In this document: one piece after another, positions 9,950-23,439 of the stretch
Position numbering within the stretch: the first letter of the stretch is position 1
Layout: every line of letters begins with the position of its first letter
Assembly: GCA_000934665.2 (NCBI GenBank)
Contig: JYFJ02000867.1
Location: 62,001 to 103,703 of the forward strand
Direction of reading: 5' to 3'
Origin: Catajapyx aquilonaris
Taxonomy: Eukaryota
DNA length: 41,703 bases
Notes under the pieces: model-generated
Told to the model about the DNA's origin: nothing
Databases searched by the model: none
The model's input: only the letters and a program-made list of their open reading frames with translations
Made by a program: the position numbers and the translations under genes

Positions 9950-12900
9950 TTTATTTATTTACTAATTTCTTTAAAATACAAATTCAGGGCGCCCCATTTT
10001 GCGTGGAAGTGTGCTGTTTGCCTGTTTCTATATTTTGTTTGAGAACAATGAGACTTTTCATCAAAAATAAGCAAATTGGCGAGGGTTTTATTTATTTTTA
10101 AGAATTGGTCTATTGATCGTGATTTCAAAAAAATTTCTATTGCAATTTCCATGCCTGTAACCCAGCCCACTCTGACTAATTCAACTATTACATCCGGTTT
10201 TTTCTCTGATGTGAACTGGGCCAAGAGTGTCCGAGCTTAGGCCTAGTTAACGCCTATCTGACTTCTTTGTCTCTCAACATGGCCCGCTCTGTTTAGTGGC
10301 TTGGAATCATCAGATGACGGTCAATAGGGGGCATGATTCTATTCAGAAATTCTGTAATAAATGACATGCCCCCACGTCACGTAGAATTGATTTCCAGGAC
10401 AGAAGACCATTACTGGAAGCAAGCGACGTTGATTAACGCGAATTTAAACTTCAGTCCTTCGGCCCTAGTGTCTTTTGTGGGGGGTTTTTTTTTGGGGGGG
10501 GGGGGGNATCTAATTGCTGCCTGGGTCTGATTGGGAGAGCTGTGGGCCTAGAATGAGCGGCCATCTTGGCAGCGTGGGCCCCGATGACTGACTCCATTCG
10601 ACGCCATCAAGGCTTTGCAGCTCCCTTGACAGCTCAGTAAGTCTCTGTCGAGCCTGTCTTCCCAAAGAGGGTTCCAAATCAGGCAGAACAAGAGCGCAAT
10701 CAGCTCTCGCCTACTCTTTAACGGTCGCCCGCAAAACCTCCAATTTTGCGCCAAAAACCAGTGGGCCACCATTTTGAGAGAGTCCGGACATGCATCCTTT
10801 TGGAGGGAACATGTCTGGTTCGAATAAGACCAAATGAGTGGCCAGAACCGATAATAAAAGTGAGTCAAAGGTTATTTAGTCCCTTTTGAGTCGATTGGAG
10901 GCTGAGGAGATAATCGCTGATTATACCTGCGAATACCTGTAATATTTTCCTTAATTTGCTGGCATAAACGGACTGCGGAGCCCTTAGAGTCGATTGTACG
11001 AAAGCTAGTTAGTGATCATTTCTAATTATGTTTAATCTAGTGAGCTCCTTATCAAAACTTGGTAACATTGTCCAAGTAATCCACCACATTTTTATAGAGT
11101 TTTAACAACAAACAATGTCCGGGTGTACTCGTATTACTTCTGTCGAATTTTATTCGTGGCATACTGTGTACAGTTCTTGTTCTCGCTGGCTCTGGTTTTG
11201 CTTGACATTTGCAGACTGCGGCCCTCGCTGCGGCCGATAAAAGGAAATAAGTTGTCGCCCACTGTGCCAACTTAGTTCGGAATAAAAGTTGGTAACTGGC
11301 GGGAAATACGTGGTACAAAAAATACAGGGCGGTATATGTTACCCAAGTTTCGAGTTTAAGATTGGAGGTGAAAAAGTTGCGAATTGTCCACCATATACAC
11401 GTAACAACCGCTTTAAATAGAAGCAACTATGGCGACAAACATGGCAGGCATAATTGTGATTTTTAACAGTGATTATTACTATTGTTGTTTGAAAATAGTG
11501 ATCAGTAGCAGCTTATGTTGATTCCTGTAAACGTTTATTAAAATACTGAGCAAAAATAGTTAATAACATTGCTGCAATTTTTAGTGCGAAATTGCTCCAA
11601 TTTGACCCCATACAAATATTTTAGAGTTTCTGTATTAAACAATCCATAACAGTTTTCTCTTGGGACAATCACTGTACAGTGCACAGCCCTAGGTAGAAAT
11701 GCAAAACTTTTGGAAAATAATCGAATGCAAGTCGGGGGTAAAGTGTGTTTTTAAGCTTCAATCACTTACACATGCAGTTCAGAATTTTCACGTGCACACT
11801 TTTTTAAATTGAAAGTGACCTGCAGTCGCCTGCAGGTGCTTCAAAGAAGAAGAAAAATACATGTGAATTACACGTAGTTGGAAAGTTCATAAATTCGGTC
11901 TCTTCAATAGCTCTTTATGATCGTGGAAAACACAAATCAGAAAGGCGTTTCGCAAATGAAACGATTTTGCAATGGTGAAGAGGAGGGGAGGGGGAGGGGG
12001 GGGGGGAGGATCGAAATTTTCTTGCAACGAAAACTTTTGGGGGGAGTTACTTCACAACTGTTGGGATTGGAATTCTCCCCGATTTATTAATTCTCAGCAT
12101 TTCGCTCCAGTAAGAAGCAATCTTTGTTAGCTTCAAAGTTTGCCAAGTCTACGGGGTTTGCAGAAAAGGAGCGGTAGGGAGGAGCAGGGGGGAAGGGGGA
12201 CATTAGTAAAATTTCCCACGGACAGATTCGCAATTACGACAATTTGCGGGTCTCATCTTCGAGAATAAATTCTATGCACATTTTTTCCTTTAAAATACCC
12301 ACAACAGCCACAGTCGGAAAGAGCCTAATAATACTGTATATTATTAATAATTTATTATAATTATACAAAGGCAGTTTGTCCTCTGCATGGGTATGAAATG
12401 GGTATAAAATCAATTGATGAAAATTAATGTTAAATATATAACATCAAATAATAACACAAATAAAATTAAATCATAAATAAAATAATAGACCACCATAAGA
12501 GAATAAAATGACAAAATGCAATTAATCAATAAATTAAAATTTTAAGAAATTAATAAAATCTATAGCATTTAAGCCAAAGGAACGATACAATGCAAGAAGG
12601 ACACAATAATTGTGATCTTTAAATGTATTTAAATGAAATATAATTTATATGCTGATTTCGATGAAAGTCCTGTAGGTATTCATGTTGTAGATACTCATTA
12701 GGTTTAGAGCACAATTGCCTACCATGAACAGAAACAAAAATAAATAGTTTTTTTTCGCTTCCTGGACATTTCAGATTTTCACAATTGACCCCTGATTGAA
12801 TTGTGGTCTTCAATTAATAATAACGATTTATTATTAAATTGATTATTAACTTTATTAGATGTGGTTCAGCCAGTAGATAAAATGAACCTTCCAGCATAAT

Positions 12901-14239
12901 GGAAATATGAAAAGTCGCGAAACTCTGAATCAACATTGTGGAGGTGTCTCCTAAATTGGTTGTTCCGTATCCAGCGATACATTGTTGGCAATCGATATAT
13001 CGAAGAATCACTCATCTTCTCCATTGACTGGACCTTTTTAGACACCCCCCTCCCTCCCCACAAAGTGAGAGAAGTTGCGGACCTAAGCCTCGGGTGCTTA
13101 TGACAGCTGATAATATCGACCCCTCCAGCCATTCCACACCGCAACAAATATCTGCAGGCAAGCGGGTTTCACGGTGAAAGCTCTTTTTATTATATTCCCT
13201 TCTCTTTTTGTCGTCTCACCCGCAGCATTGACTTACGATAACGAAGGCACAAACTTCAGCTGACGTCAGGCGTTATTTTGTGTAGCCTCGTTCTACACTA
13301 CCTTTCCCCATATCAACTGAAACAGGGGCCGCATTTGCCGAAATAAGCCAATAAGCCACGGGGACGGTTTTCACGCTTTCGAGCTCTTCCGCCTTCCACA
13401 GTACGTGACCTCAAACCGAAAAAAAGTACTGCCGGAATTGCGATTTTTTTTGGTGTCTATTTCCTTCCAACACTATACACACTAGCCATAGGGTTAGGGC
13501 TGAACATCCGCACAAATCCTATAAATATGGGCCAAAAAGTATTATTTTGACTTTTAATTTCACCCTTCCCATGCTGAGGATATCCTTCTCAAATTCATAT
13601 TTTTGCAAGTTTTCTAGCGGATTAGTTTGATAATAAGATTCCGGATTTTTTAAATAACCAAAGTCCGGGGTAAAAATTAGCTACACCTTATTAAAAATTT
13701 CGGCATAGAGTTTAAACTGCAGGCCCGGATTAATTTTTTAACATTATTCTACAAAAACAGTTTCAAACAAAACCACGTAGGTATACATATGAACAGAAAT
13801 AAACAACGCCGCGACAAACATCATTTAATGGGCAGGATTAAAATGTTACGAATGATAAATTTATTGGGCACTTTTCATCTCGCATTGATTGACGTTTCAC
13901 ATGACTTTTACATGAAGTTGTCATTACCGCATTCAAATATTGCCACCGTCAAAATTAGCAATAATAAACGGGGTGCATTAATATAGGGACAAACTGAGTC
14001 CGGTGTTACTGTGGCAAATTAGTTTAAAAAAAAGATTGATAAAATATTGTACCTCTGCGTATTATCCGTTTAATATGCAAAAATATCTGGCAGAAATGGC
14101 GCAGAATGACAAAATGAGACCTATTATTCTCGCCAGGAAGTCTGCCGGTGTTGGCGACAAAGTGGGCTAATTTTAGCGAGCCATTTTCGCATTTTGTGTA
14201 TCGATTCTTCCATACCTAAGCAGAGCTGAGCAAAATCCG

Positions 14240-14672
14240 GCGATTTTCGAGTCATAATATTCAGAAATATGATGCTGAAAGCAGGTGATAAATAGCGATG
14301 ACAAGTATCAGTTTTAATCGCTGCTACAGAAAAATATCGAAGAAGCAGCGATTTTAAGCTCACGGTTATGTGGAAAGCTGCTACTGAAAAGAGTAGCCAT
14401 CAATAGCGGTGACAATGACAAGTAACAGTTTAAATCACTGCTACTGAAGAATATCGATAAATCAGTGATTTTCGGCTCAGGTTTACGCAGAAAACTAAGA
14501 ACTACTGAAAATCAGTGATCAATAACGGTGAGAAATAGCAGGAACTCAATTTGGATCATGCGAAACTGATTTTGATGTCGTTTTATGTTGATATAAACCT
14601 TGTGGTCAGTTCTTGGCGGATTCTTGGAAGCTAGAAAGAGATAGAGAGTTTTTTTAAAGGGGCAATTTTGGG
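14240..14672 (+). repeat. Dispersed repeat, copy 1, with about 110-120-bp internal tandem subunits (probable non-autonomous DNA transposon)
   Basis: Subunits begin (c/t)gatttt...tca at 14241, 14349 and 14466 and contain gctgctactgaa/atcaataacgg. The tail gattttgatgtcgtttt...ggaagctagaaagag...gggcaatttt is shared with copy 2. Confidence 0.8.
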
Positions 14673-15849
14673 TGGGAAGATTTATCGGGTGACAAGTAGG
14701 AAGGAAAAGGGGAGCAAAGCCGAGTCCAACCTTCTACACACCTTCCTGACAGTGGTCGGGTCATTATGGAAATGGAGCCAGGAACTTGCGAATTTTTCAT
14801 ATGTGCTAACGAGGTTACGGGCCCCGGAAAAAAATGGAGGAGGAGGAGGAGGAGGGGGAATCGAAACATTAATAAAGTGGGGGGGGGGGGNGGACTTTTC
14901 AACAGCTCTGACTCATAAAAATGAGGGGTGTGGTTTGCTCAGGATATGATAAAAAAGCTACTTAATAAAGCATGTATCTGCTTAGCATCTACACTAATGT
15001 TTATTCATTTTTTCGTCTTAATTTGCCACTTTTTGTGAGATAAATTGGGTGCAACAGTACATGGGAAGTACTACAGGACCGTACTTTCCGGTGCATAACA
15101 TAGATGCATGGGCTATTGAGCTCCAATTTTGGTGAAAACACACGGTAATCGATCGTGTGCGCATATAATTATGCTAACAGCCTACAGCATCCGGCTACAT
15201 GCACAGAGCCAAACATTTTATTTAGCAACCGCTATTGCATTTATATGAGAGAGAAAAGTGGTGTATTTGCAGATTTATTTAGTCAGATGTTTAGAAAAAT
15301 GCGATGGATTGACTAGAAATGATTTATCAGGTATGTCAGATGATGAGAGGATGAAATACGCTCATTTTCTATCATTAGATAATGTTCCATCCGAATAATC
15401 GTGTTGTCAAAGCGGAGTATAAAAATACTCACTTCAATTGATTCGCGTGCTCATGCCCAGCTATTTCAATTCGGAGACCTTTCAATCTGTGGTCTTGACA
15501 TCGACTTATAGCTTCAAACTGCACCTAACTGTTTTCATACTACCAAATGTCACGGTCACAAACCGCCGCATAAAACCGATCCTGCCCTGTAATATTTTTA
15601 TGCTGCCACATATTTCAAAAGGGCATACACACTCGTACATAATAGATATCAAGGGTGGTCCGCTGTCCCTGGAGGAAAGGCCCGGAGAAGCCATTAATAT
15701 TGCAGCAGCCATTACTAAATTATTACAGCTGCATTTTGAAAGCATTAGCCGTGCAACGAGGTATATTTTAATCAGATTTTAATGGCAGTGCACTAATTTT
15801 TAATAAATGCTCAAAATAAAATCTAATTTAAACATAACCATAATGGCAA

Positions 15850-16212
15850 CACTGCAAAAAAACGTGATTTTCGACTCACTGTTATTCAGAAAGCTGCTAC
15901 TTTAAGAGCAGTAATTAATAACGGTTCGAAATGGCAAGTTTAATCGTTGCTACTGAAGAATAGCAAAATAGCAGTGAGAATAAGAACGTGATTATCGACT
16001 CATGGTTATTCAGACATCTGCTACTGAAAAACCCGGTGATCAATAACGGCGTGAAATTGCGGTTAGAAATAGCGGTTTAATCGCTGCTACTGAAGAATAG
16101 CAGACAAGTAGCAGTGACTCAATTTTGTTCCTGCTAAGGCGATTTTGATGTCGTTTTTATTGGAAGCCAGAAAGAGCTAGGCTTTTTTAATATATAAAAA
16201 AGGGCAATTTTT
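15850..16212 (+). repeat. Dispersed repeat, copy 2 of the 14240-14672 family; CACTG start reminiscent of animal CMC/EnSpm termini
   Basis: Begins CACTGCAAAAAAA, has subunits at about 15865 and 15989, and ends in the same tail as copy 1. Superfamily assignment is tentative. Confidence 0.75.
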
Positions 16213-16250
16213 CTTGGGACACCCCCCCCCCCCCACCCCACCTTCGAGTG

Positions 16251-16350
16251 TGGACGTAGTACGAAATGTCTCACATAGATGGCGCATTCTCTATGCACAC
16301 TTCTGATAGCTCACCGTGGACAGAGTCACAGATCCATGTCAATTCTACAG
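16251..16350 (-). mobile_element. Helitron-like family H copy
   Basis: ggacgtagtacgaaatgtctcacaTAGATGGCGCa...tcaccgtggacagagtcacagat...caattcta aligns by eye with 17660-17782 and the reverse complement of 19541-19700. Confidence 0.7.
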
Positions 16351-16477
16351 TTTGTTTGATTAGTTGCATTTTACTCTGATTATTTACGCATATTTTCGCC
16401 AATTTTTCTGTAAATTTGGCTTATATTCCAGTTGTCTTCAAGCCACATATAAACACAGTGCAAAAACACACACTCTT

Positions 16478-16815
16478 GTCTTGACTAGGGCGTGGGGACG
16501 GACATTGATCACTTTTCACTGCGAGTGTAAACTGATCTAACCTAACCTAACCTAACCTAACCTACCCTAACCTACCCTAACCTACCCTAACCTACCCTAC
16601 CCTAAGTAACCTAGGCTGAGAAAAATGGACTTTTGTGAAACCCTACAAATGAAAATAGTGGGGACATGTCCCCACTAATTCACACATGTCCCCACTGTAA
16701 TGGTACACTTCGCGTGTGTGAGACTGTGGGGACCGACAAATGTCCCCACAATTGGAACTGGTCCCCACAGCTACAGTAAAACCACAGACTTCCGTCCCCA
16801 GACCTTAGTCAAGAC
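16478..16815. mobile_element. Non-autonomous TIR-type element containing a (CCTAA)n/(CCTAC)n array and GGGGAC/GTCCCC inverted motifs
   Basis: GTCTTGACTAGGGCGTGGGGACGGA (16478-16502) matches the reverse complement of 16791-16815 at 22/25. CCTAA array about 16537-16613. Perfect 22-bp palindrome at 16656-16677. Confidence 0.75.
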
Positions 16816-17659
16816 CTGATCACTCGCTTGTTGTTTACGAGCCGGCTTTAGTCCCTGTGCCGTGTCTGGGGTGTGGGGCGTATGAGGTGAAAAAGTGAGC
16901 AATAAGTAGATATTGAGCCTTCCACCCCCTGTGTTATTTTCCTAGTGGAAAGTGCAAGCGGCAACCATTCCGATGACAGGGCACGGCAAAAAAAGCCACG
17001 TTACCGGATCCCCCCAGGGGTATACTCTTTTTTTCCCGGATACCCTTCAACACCCCGCATTGCACCACCGAATTTTTTTTCCCTCCACTTTCCAAACCAC
17101 TTTTCTTGCGGATCAGGTGTCAAGTACCCTTTAAAAAGAAAGTGGGGGGACCACCGGGAAAAAAAGGTGTGACATCTTACAAAAATTTGTCACCTTTTTT
17201 TTGGGGAGGGGGGGGGGGTCAGGGGACTTGACCACTGATGGTGCTTTGTGGCCGTGTTTTGATTGATGAATGGGGAGGGGGGGATTAGGCAGTTGTTAAA
17301 CTTTTGTGTTGGATGCCCACCTGCCCCACCCCCCATATATACCATGCCATAGGTCCCACACCCACCATCAAATGTGTTGCAAAGTTTGGCAAGGAGTGCA
17401 AAGGGGCCTGACGTTTCCATCAAAAGGCCTGTCGGGTCGTGTTGGGTTTGATCTGGCGTCAGTAGTCGACACCGGCCGTACATACAATATTGATAAATGC
17501 CAGGACGGATGAGAGAGAGAGAGAGAAGGTTTTTTTTTGTCGTCAAAAAATGGGTAGAGGAAACGGGCTCGACCGATTGACAACAAGACAGGGAGTAAAA
17601 AATTGCAATGATATAAGCCTATTGGCGATTAAAGCCAGTTCTACATAACGAAACTACTG

Positions 17660-17782
17660 TCCACATAGTTACGAAACTCATATCACATAGATGGCGCATC
17701 CTCCTTCTCTGAACATCACTGCCGCTCTCAGGGTACTACGTGGACAAACAGAGGCACAGACTCCAGCCAATTTCTATTTGAA
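17660..17782 (-). mobile_element. Helitron-like family H copy
   Basis: cacaTAGATGGCGCatcctcc...ctctcagggtactacgtggacaaacagaggcacagactccagccaatttctat. Shares the block ggacaaacagaggcaca with the reverse complement of 25782-25855. Confidence 0.75.
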
Positions 17783-17784
17783 AT

Positions 17785-18102
17785 ATTATTTTTTGCGAAC
17801 GAAACTGAGTGCGCGCCCTTAATCGTGCATCTCCTCTTTTGTGACGATAATTGCCAGAGGGGCCATATGAAGATTTAAAAATAAATAAATAAATAAATAA
17901 CAAAAAATATTTATCAGTAAGTTCCGGAGCCTCTGTTACGTCGTACACTTGCGCCATTTTGTTTTCCCGAAGCGTAGCGTTGGAAATACGTGCAGCTCTT
18001 ATGATACCAGTATGCTACACCCACTGCAATAATTGATAATGTCAACCGTACACTGCGCGAATAGCAGTGCGGACTCGGTTGCGCTGGTAAAAAAATCACC
18101 TA
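17785..18102 (-). mobile_element. TIR MITE family M, copy 3 (inverted, with about 100 bp of extra internal sequence)
   Basis: Reverse complement contains gcgcaaccgagtccgca...atttccaacgctacgctt...aaaatggcg, as in 28489-28711 and 29296-29553. Both TIR halves are visible (17791-17818 and 18067-18102). Confidence 0.75.
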
Positions 18103-19540
18103 TATAGTAAGTTATTCTGTTAGCCAACAAACTAGTCCAACAAACTTACCGATATGCGTACCCTGTTTAGTACGTAAAGTGTTGACTTAGATTGTGCCCC
18201 ACATTCTTGCAAGTCTACCTTAAGCGGCGCATGTAAAATAAATCGCTGCTTTGTGAATGCAGGAGTTAGCTTTTACTCGCTAGTGCGAATAACCCGAAAA
18301 AGCTGCGGCCGAATAATTAATGCTCGAAATTGTCCAAGTGCGCAGTCGTCCAATTCCATTAATTACCACGTTTTGCGGCGAAAGGATTTCAGTCGTTTGA
18401 AAGCGAGGAACTGAACTTACAATGCAATGATTAAGTCATGTTTAGCAGTTGGGCGAGGGGGGGTTGAAGTTAATTAGGAGCCAAACCTCCAACCTTCCTC
18501 GTCACGTCAACTTCAAAGAGGGGGGGGGGGTTTCTCTTGTAGATTCAGCAGCCATTTGATGTGACAACGTTTTCTTAAACCCCGTTACCAGAAACCGCTC
18601 ACCGGAATGCACACTGCAGATTTCCATTCGCCCCAAACAGCAAATTTCCACCAATATATATCGTACACTTATCGACCTCCCAGAAAGTTATGGATCAAAT
18701 TTAATTAAACTGCCAGACCCGACTATTCACACAAAACCACACAAGTTCGGATGAGGGTGCAAGGAGTTGTGTGGGAAAATCGGATTTTCCATAATTATCT
18801 TTTTTTTCCCCCCTCGCGTATTTTTTTTAGTAAGGAAATGTGGAAAAGGAGATGCCTTCAACTATTATCAACCTCTTCCTCTGGATTCCCTTATTTCCTT
18901 CTCTCCCACTTGAGTTGCTGAGGTTCTCTCGAGGGATTGGCTAAGTCTTCGGCAGCGCTCCATGCAAACATCATTATGCAAATGGCGGGGACTCGCATGG
19001 AAAAGGAAGAGAAGGAAAGGAAAGGACAAAAAATGACTGTGGTTAGGATGGGAAGACGGTATAGAATAAAATGGATGAAGGAGGTGGAGGAGGGGGTTAG
19101 GAGGAGGAGTCTTCAAAAGCAATGACATCTGCATTGGCAATGCGACGCAGTGTCATTGTTGGTAAACCTTAATGTTGCGGGTGACATAGATGAGGCTTGG
19201 GGAAAAGGGAAATGGAGATTTTTTTTTGCGAGCCAACTCTTAGAAATCGAGATTTTGCAAATTGAATAGGGATTGGTTATTACAGCATTTTCCAAACTTA
19301 ATTTTTTGCAATTACACGGGATTTGATCTTGTACACAATGTCATGGATAACTCTGTAAAGATAATTAAAATCCGAAGATCTTTCCTACGGGACGAAGTGG
19401 CGGAAGTCAGGTTGGAGGCGCGGGGCAGTTCAGAGGGTGCGTCTGAATGTGTGAGAACCGATTGAAAAGCCACAATAGCGTTCGTTGGCCTGCAGCGCCA
19501 CAAAACGTACTGTATTATTAGTCGTGACATAACCATATAA

Positions 19541-19826
19541 TCTCATATAGAATTGGGTAGGCCAGATTCTGTCTGTCCACGGTGACTAATCACCTACGAG
19601 CATGTAGTACTATTTCCCCCCTGAGAGTGGCAGTAGTGTGCAGAGAGGGAAGATGAGCGCCACCTTCTAGTAACAAATCGTACTATGTCCAAGTGGAGAG
19701 GCCCTGGCAGTGTTGCCAAGTTTTGACAATGCCTATAGGTGCAAAATATTTTAAGCATAATATATATTTTTAAAGCTAATATTTGGTCCGCAGTCACGAG
19801 CTTTTATCACGGGCAGAAATGGCTCG
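19541..19826 (+). mobile_element. Near full-length Helitron-like family H copy
   Basis: 5' A|TCTCATATAGAATTGG...ctgtctgtccacggtga. The internal block gtggcagtagtgtgcagagaggga...gcgccacct is shared with the 39048-39211 copy. Degenerate 3' hairpin cacgagcttttatcacgggc (19795-19814), then CTCG (19823-19826) in place of CTAG. Confidence 0.65.
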
Positions 19827-21542
19827 AATCTGGACTGGTCCTACCTCAATATTTTTTTGGACTTTTTTTTTCTTCCTCGGTTTTCCTTGAAGGAGTTTTT
19901 GAGAGTAAGGGGGGGAGGTAGGATTTAAAGCCTGGTGGGAAGGGATAAAAAAATGTGACAAGAAAGTCCCCGACCATGAAAGATGAAACGACGCTTGGGA
20001 GTTCTCGTCTGTTTTGTCGCTGTCTTTTCCGCTGATGGCGAAATTTTGGGGAATAAATTTCCAGGGGGCGGTGTGATTTGTTTGAGGGATTATTCGCAGC
20101 CTTTGGCGGCTTGGCGTGCTATCTATTATGGCGGCCAGAGAGAGGTGAGTCAGCTTCATTACAGATGTAGTATGCTGAAATTTTTTTTGCAAACAAAGTG
20201 TCGTTAGAAGAAGAAATAAGGGAGGGGGGGGGGAGCAAAGAATGTTTGGCAAGATTTATTTGGCGAAATGTGTTAGCGTCAAAATTTTGGAAATTGGTTT
20301 ATCAGAAGGCACAAGCTCGAGATGAGATAGGTTAGCAGGTGTTTCTCAAGAACTTGAGGCTTCTTTGCTCAATTAGTAGTTTCAAACAAGAACAAATTAA
20401 GGGCATGCGAAGGCCTCCGTTAAAGCTGAAAAGGTCAGCAAAAAACCACACGTGTATAAAATGTGACAAATTATTATATTGACATTTTCAATTACTCGTA
20501 TAAATAACAATCAGCAGTAAATTACCTCCATTTCCATGTATATTTCACGTGATATTATTTAAGCCGATATGGAAATTGTGCAATTTTAGAAAAAGAAAAA
20601 GCTGCGACTTTAAAAATACCACAGGATTGTAAAAATTCATAGTTGAAATATAATAGTACATTGCTTTTAATAGTTTCGAATAATTATTGGGAGAATGAAG
20701 TGACCGTAGTTAGTACATTTTGTAATGTCGATTGTACGTACATAATTGTTTAAAAATTGCATGTGACATTTCCTGAGATATTGCGTCAACGCAACGCCCA
20801 TAAATCATTAATTTGTCATTCACATCTATTGTGTGTGGGATTGTGGGGTTCAGCTCGGCGGGGAAACACATTATGGTAATGACGTGTCGCAGTACTTTTT
20901 GGGGAGGACATTGTTTTCCGCATTTGCAGCCATTTAAATACATTCAAATATTCACACCCCAGTTTCCAGATATATTTAAAGCCCAATTTTATTGTTACAC
21001 GTTAATCCTGTTCCGGCAGCTCCAAATGACAAGTTGGAAGTGTGGTTACTAAATGATAATGTAATAAATGGCGGTTACTGTATTGAACATAAAAATGTTG
21101 AAATATTTGTCTGGAGTGGTATTGACGTTTTTGTTCAAGCAGTATTTTATTGGTGGATTCAATCAGGTGTCGGTTTTACCTGCCGATAAAAACCAGATTC
21201 CGATGATTCGTTTTCAGATAATTTTCCTATTCATTTTAGCTCGATTTTTTAAAACTATTCCAGATTTCTTTTCATTTTGAGTGTCCATCAGATGACCTCT
21301 CCGATTGTCCAGTGGATTTCACATCCTGACTTCCCCTATCCAATGGCCCATAATTCCGGAAAGACATTTCACTCCCAGACACAGGGATCCAGAAAATCAG
21401 GCCCATCTATAAATCAGGGTGTTTGGATTTGGCAGACAAAGACCCCCTAGTCTTTGCCACCCGATAGGATCTGGAGGAGGAGGATTGTCCGGTTCCAGAA
21501 AACGAGAGGCTAATTCAAGGCCTTGGGAAAATCCTTTATGGC

Positions 21543-21567
21543 CTCTCTCTCTCTCTCTCTCTCTCTC
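21543..21567. repeat. (CT)n microsatellite
   Basis: Perfect CT run. Confidence 0.95.
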
Positions 21568-22350
21568 CTGGACCTCTGCTGGTACAGTGCCTGGTGCAGC
21601 TGCACAGGAATAATCAAGAGAGTGCCTTGACAAGTGACTGCGGTCTCATGAATAATAGAGGTGTAGATAGAAACCTCTCGACCGAGTGTGTGCCGTCTAC
21701 TGCAATGCTCTAATGAAAAGAGAGGAGCCCAGAGGCAAAGTTCTATAGGTCAAGACTAGTGCCAAGGCTCAAACCTGGCAGATGGACAAACGTCAACAAA
21801 TAGTGACCATTGTTGTCATTATTACAAAACAATTGAGAAAGGCAACAAAGGTGAAGTCATTTGGACCTGATAAAAGTCTGAGTATGAAGTTCGCAGAATT
21901 CGGTCATACAGTATACAACAAAGGATTTTAATATCATAGATAATGCTGGAATATATGGGTTAATAGACGTAACTGTTTCCAAAAGTTGCCATTTGGTCTC
22001 CATCCAATAGCAGGTAGTCGTTTGCTTTTACTCTTCATTTGCATGACATAGTAAACCTTTGTTACCTTTTCTCCGGAAAAACCTAGACGTATATAGCCCT
22101 GACCTCTCTCTCTTGCAGAGACACTGGAGAATAGAGTAGAAAACGCAACCGTTTTAAGCAGCTTAGCCTTATTGAACTTGATGGCAGGAGGGAAGGGGAG
22201 GGGAGGTTTTTTTGTGTCATTTTTAATTCATGGAGGCAGCAGTTCTGCCTCCTCACAGCTTGACACACAACTAGGATCAATACCATTCTGAAGGAGTTTG
22301 CATTTGTATATTTTCGGGCCCATTTCACCGTTTCGTCAGAGGAGGCTAAC

Positions 22351-22430
22351 TGTACGTAGTACCATGTCCCTCACATACATATGCACTCGCCCCGGACAAA
22401 CAGAGCCACAGACTCAAGCTATATAATAAG
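22351..22430 (-). mobile_element. Helitron-like family H fragment (5' end)
   Basis: cgtagtaccatgtccctcacata...ctcgccccggacaaacagagccacagactcaagctatata matches the other copies. Confidence 0.65.
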
Positions 22431-23439
22431 GAGCCTTCGTCTTCTAGGATATCAATCAGAACCTTTTAGCGATTGGTAATAAACCCTTGCTTAAATGGTA
22501 ATGGCCGGTCACAATTATCAGTGGAAATCAAAGTTTAGTGGGAGGAAACGACTCGAAATAATAGACCGGCGAAGTTCTTCCGGGAAGGAAAAGGGGGCGC
22601 ACCGGGTATAAACACGAGGGGTAATGACCAGTCTCTCTCTCTCTACCACTCTGATAGTTATCGGATTCGAAAATGAAGTGCTATCAGTTCGGGAAGGACA
22701 AATTTTATGCATGACGACTCTAATCATTGCCCTTTCTTCGAAGGAAATGTCTCTCATCAGAGGGCGGGGTACCACTTTTTGTTGGCGTTGCTCAACCCTC
22801 TTCATCCTCTGAAGGAATTGAGTCGAAGTGTATGACAGTACAGTCCATGTTTCTGAAATTAGTTTAAGGGAAAGAACTGGTCACACTAGTGCTGGGCCCA
22901 GATGTATTTGCTTATTTTTAAACTAGTTTCTGTGCACCACACTATACTTCGTTCGCAACACTACCGAGCACACGATGAGTGTTAAAAAATTACAGTCTTC
23001 ATGTCTGGTTAGGATCGAGGCTGGTATGCATGCCAGGCGTGTAATTCCACTAATATTTTTAGAGGGAAATCTGGATTCGGCCAGGTGGATATTGCGCACT
23101 TCCGGTTAATGGATGCGCTGAAAAGTTTTGTTTTCAACAGGCGATAATTTACAAGTCAAAAAGCAGAGGGTTTGTTGCAGGGATTTTCCCGTTTCTAGCC
23201 CATTTTTGTTAATTAGTGCATGCAGAGTTTAGGCCTGCAGGTATGAAACGGAGGAGGAATAATATTATGTTTCCTGGTTTGAATGGCTGTTATGTTCATG
23301 TACAGTACATTGTACAATACAGGACATGTCCGCATTAGGCCATGCCCCTTCACGTCCATTGCTAAATATTGCAGCAAGGTATCTACAAGTCATATAATTT
23401 ATTATATACCGGTATTTATTATTTTTCGTACATTTATTA

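Noticed and set aside
9749..9964. 14-bp direct repeat TTATTTATTTACTA as a TSD
   Set aside because: Better explained by Helitron insertion into a (TTTA)n tract; the left copy overlaps the element's CTAG.
14240..16212. Regularly spaced repeats as a CRISPR-like array
   Set aside because: Whole units are homologous (no unique spacers), they are degenerate, the context is eukaryotic, and there are no cas genes.
16537..16613. True telomere or chromosome-fusion site
   Set aside because: Short, internal, degenerate and enclosed by inverted repeats of a mobile-like element.
21330..21450. CCAAT plus TATAAAT promoter candidate
   Set aside because: Short motifs are expected by chance and no downstream gene structure supports them.
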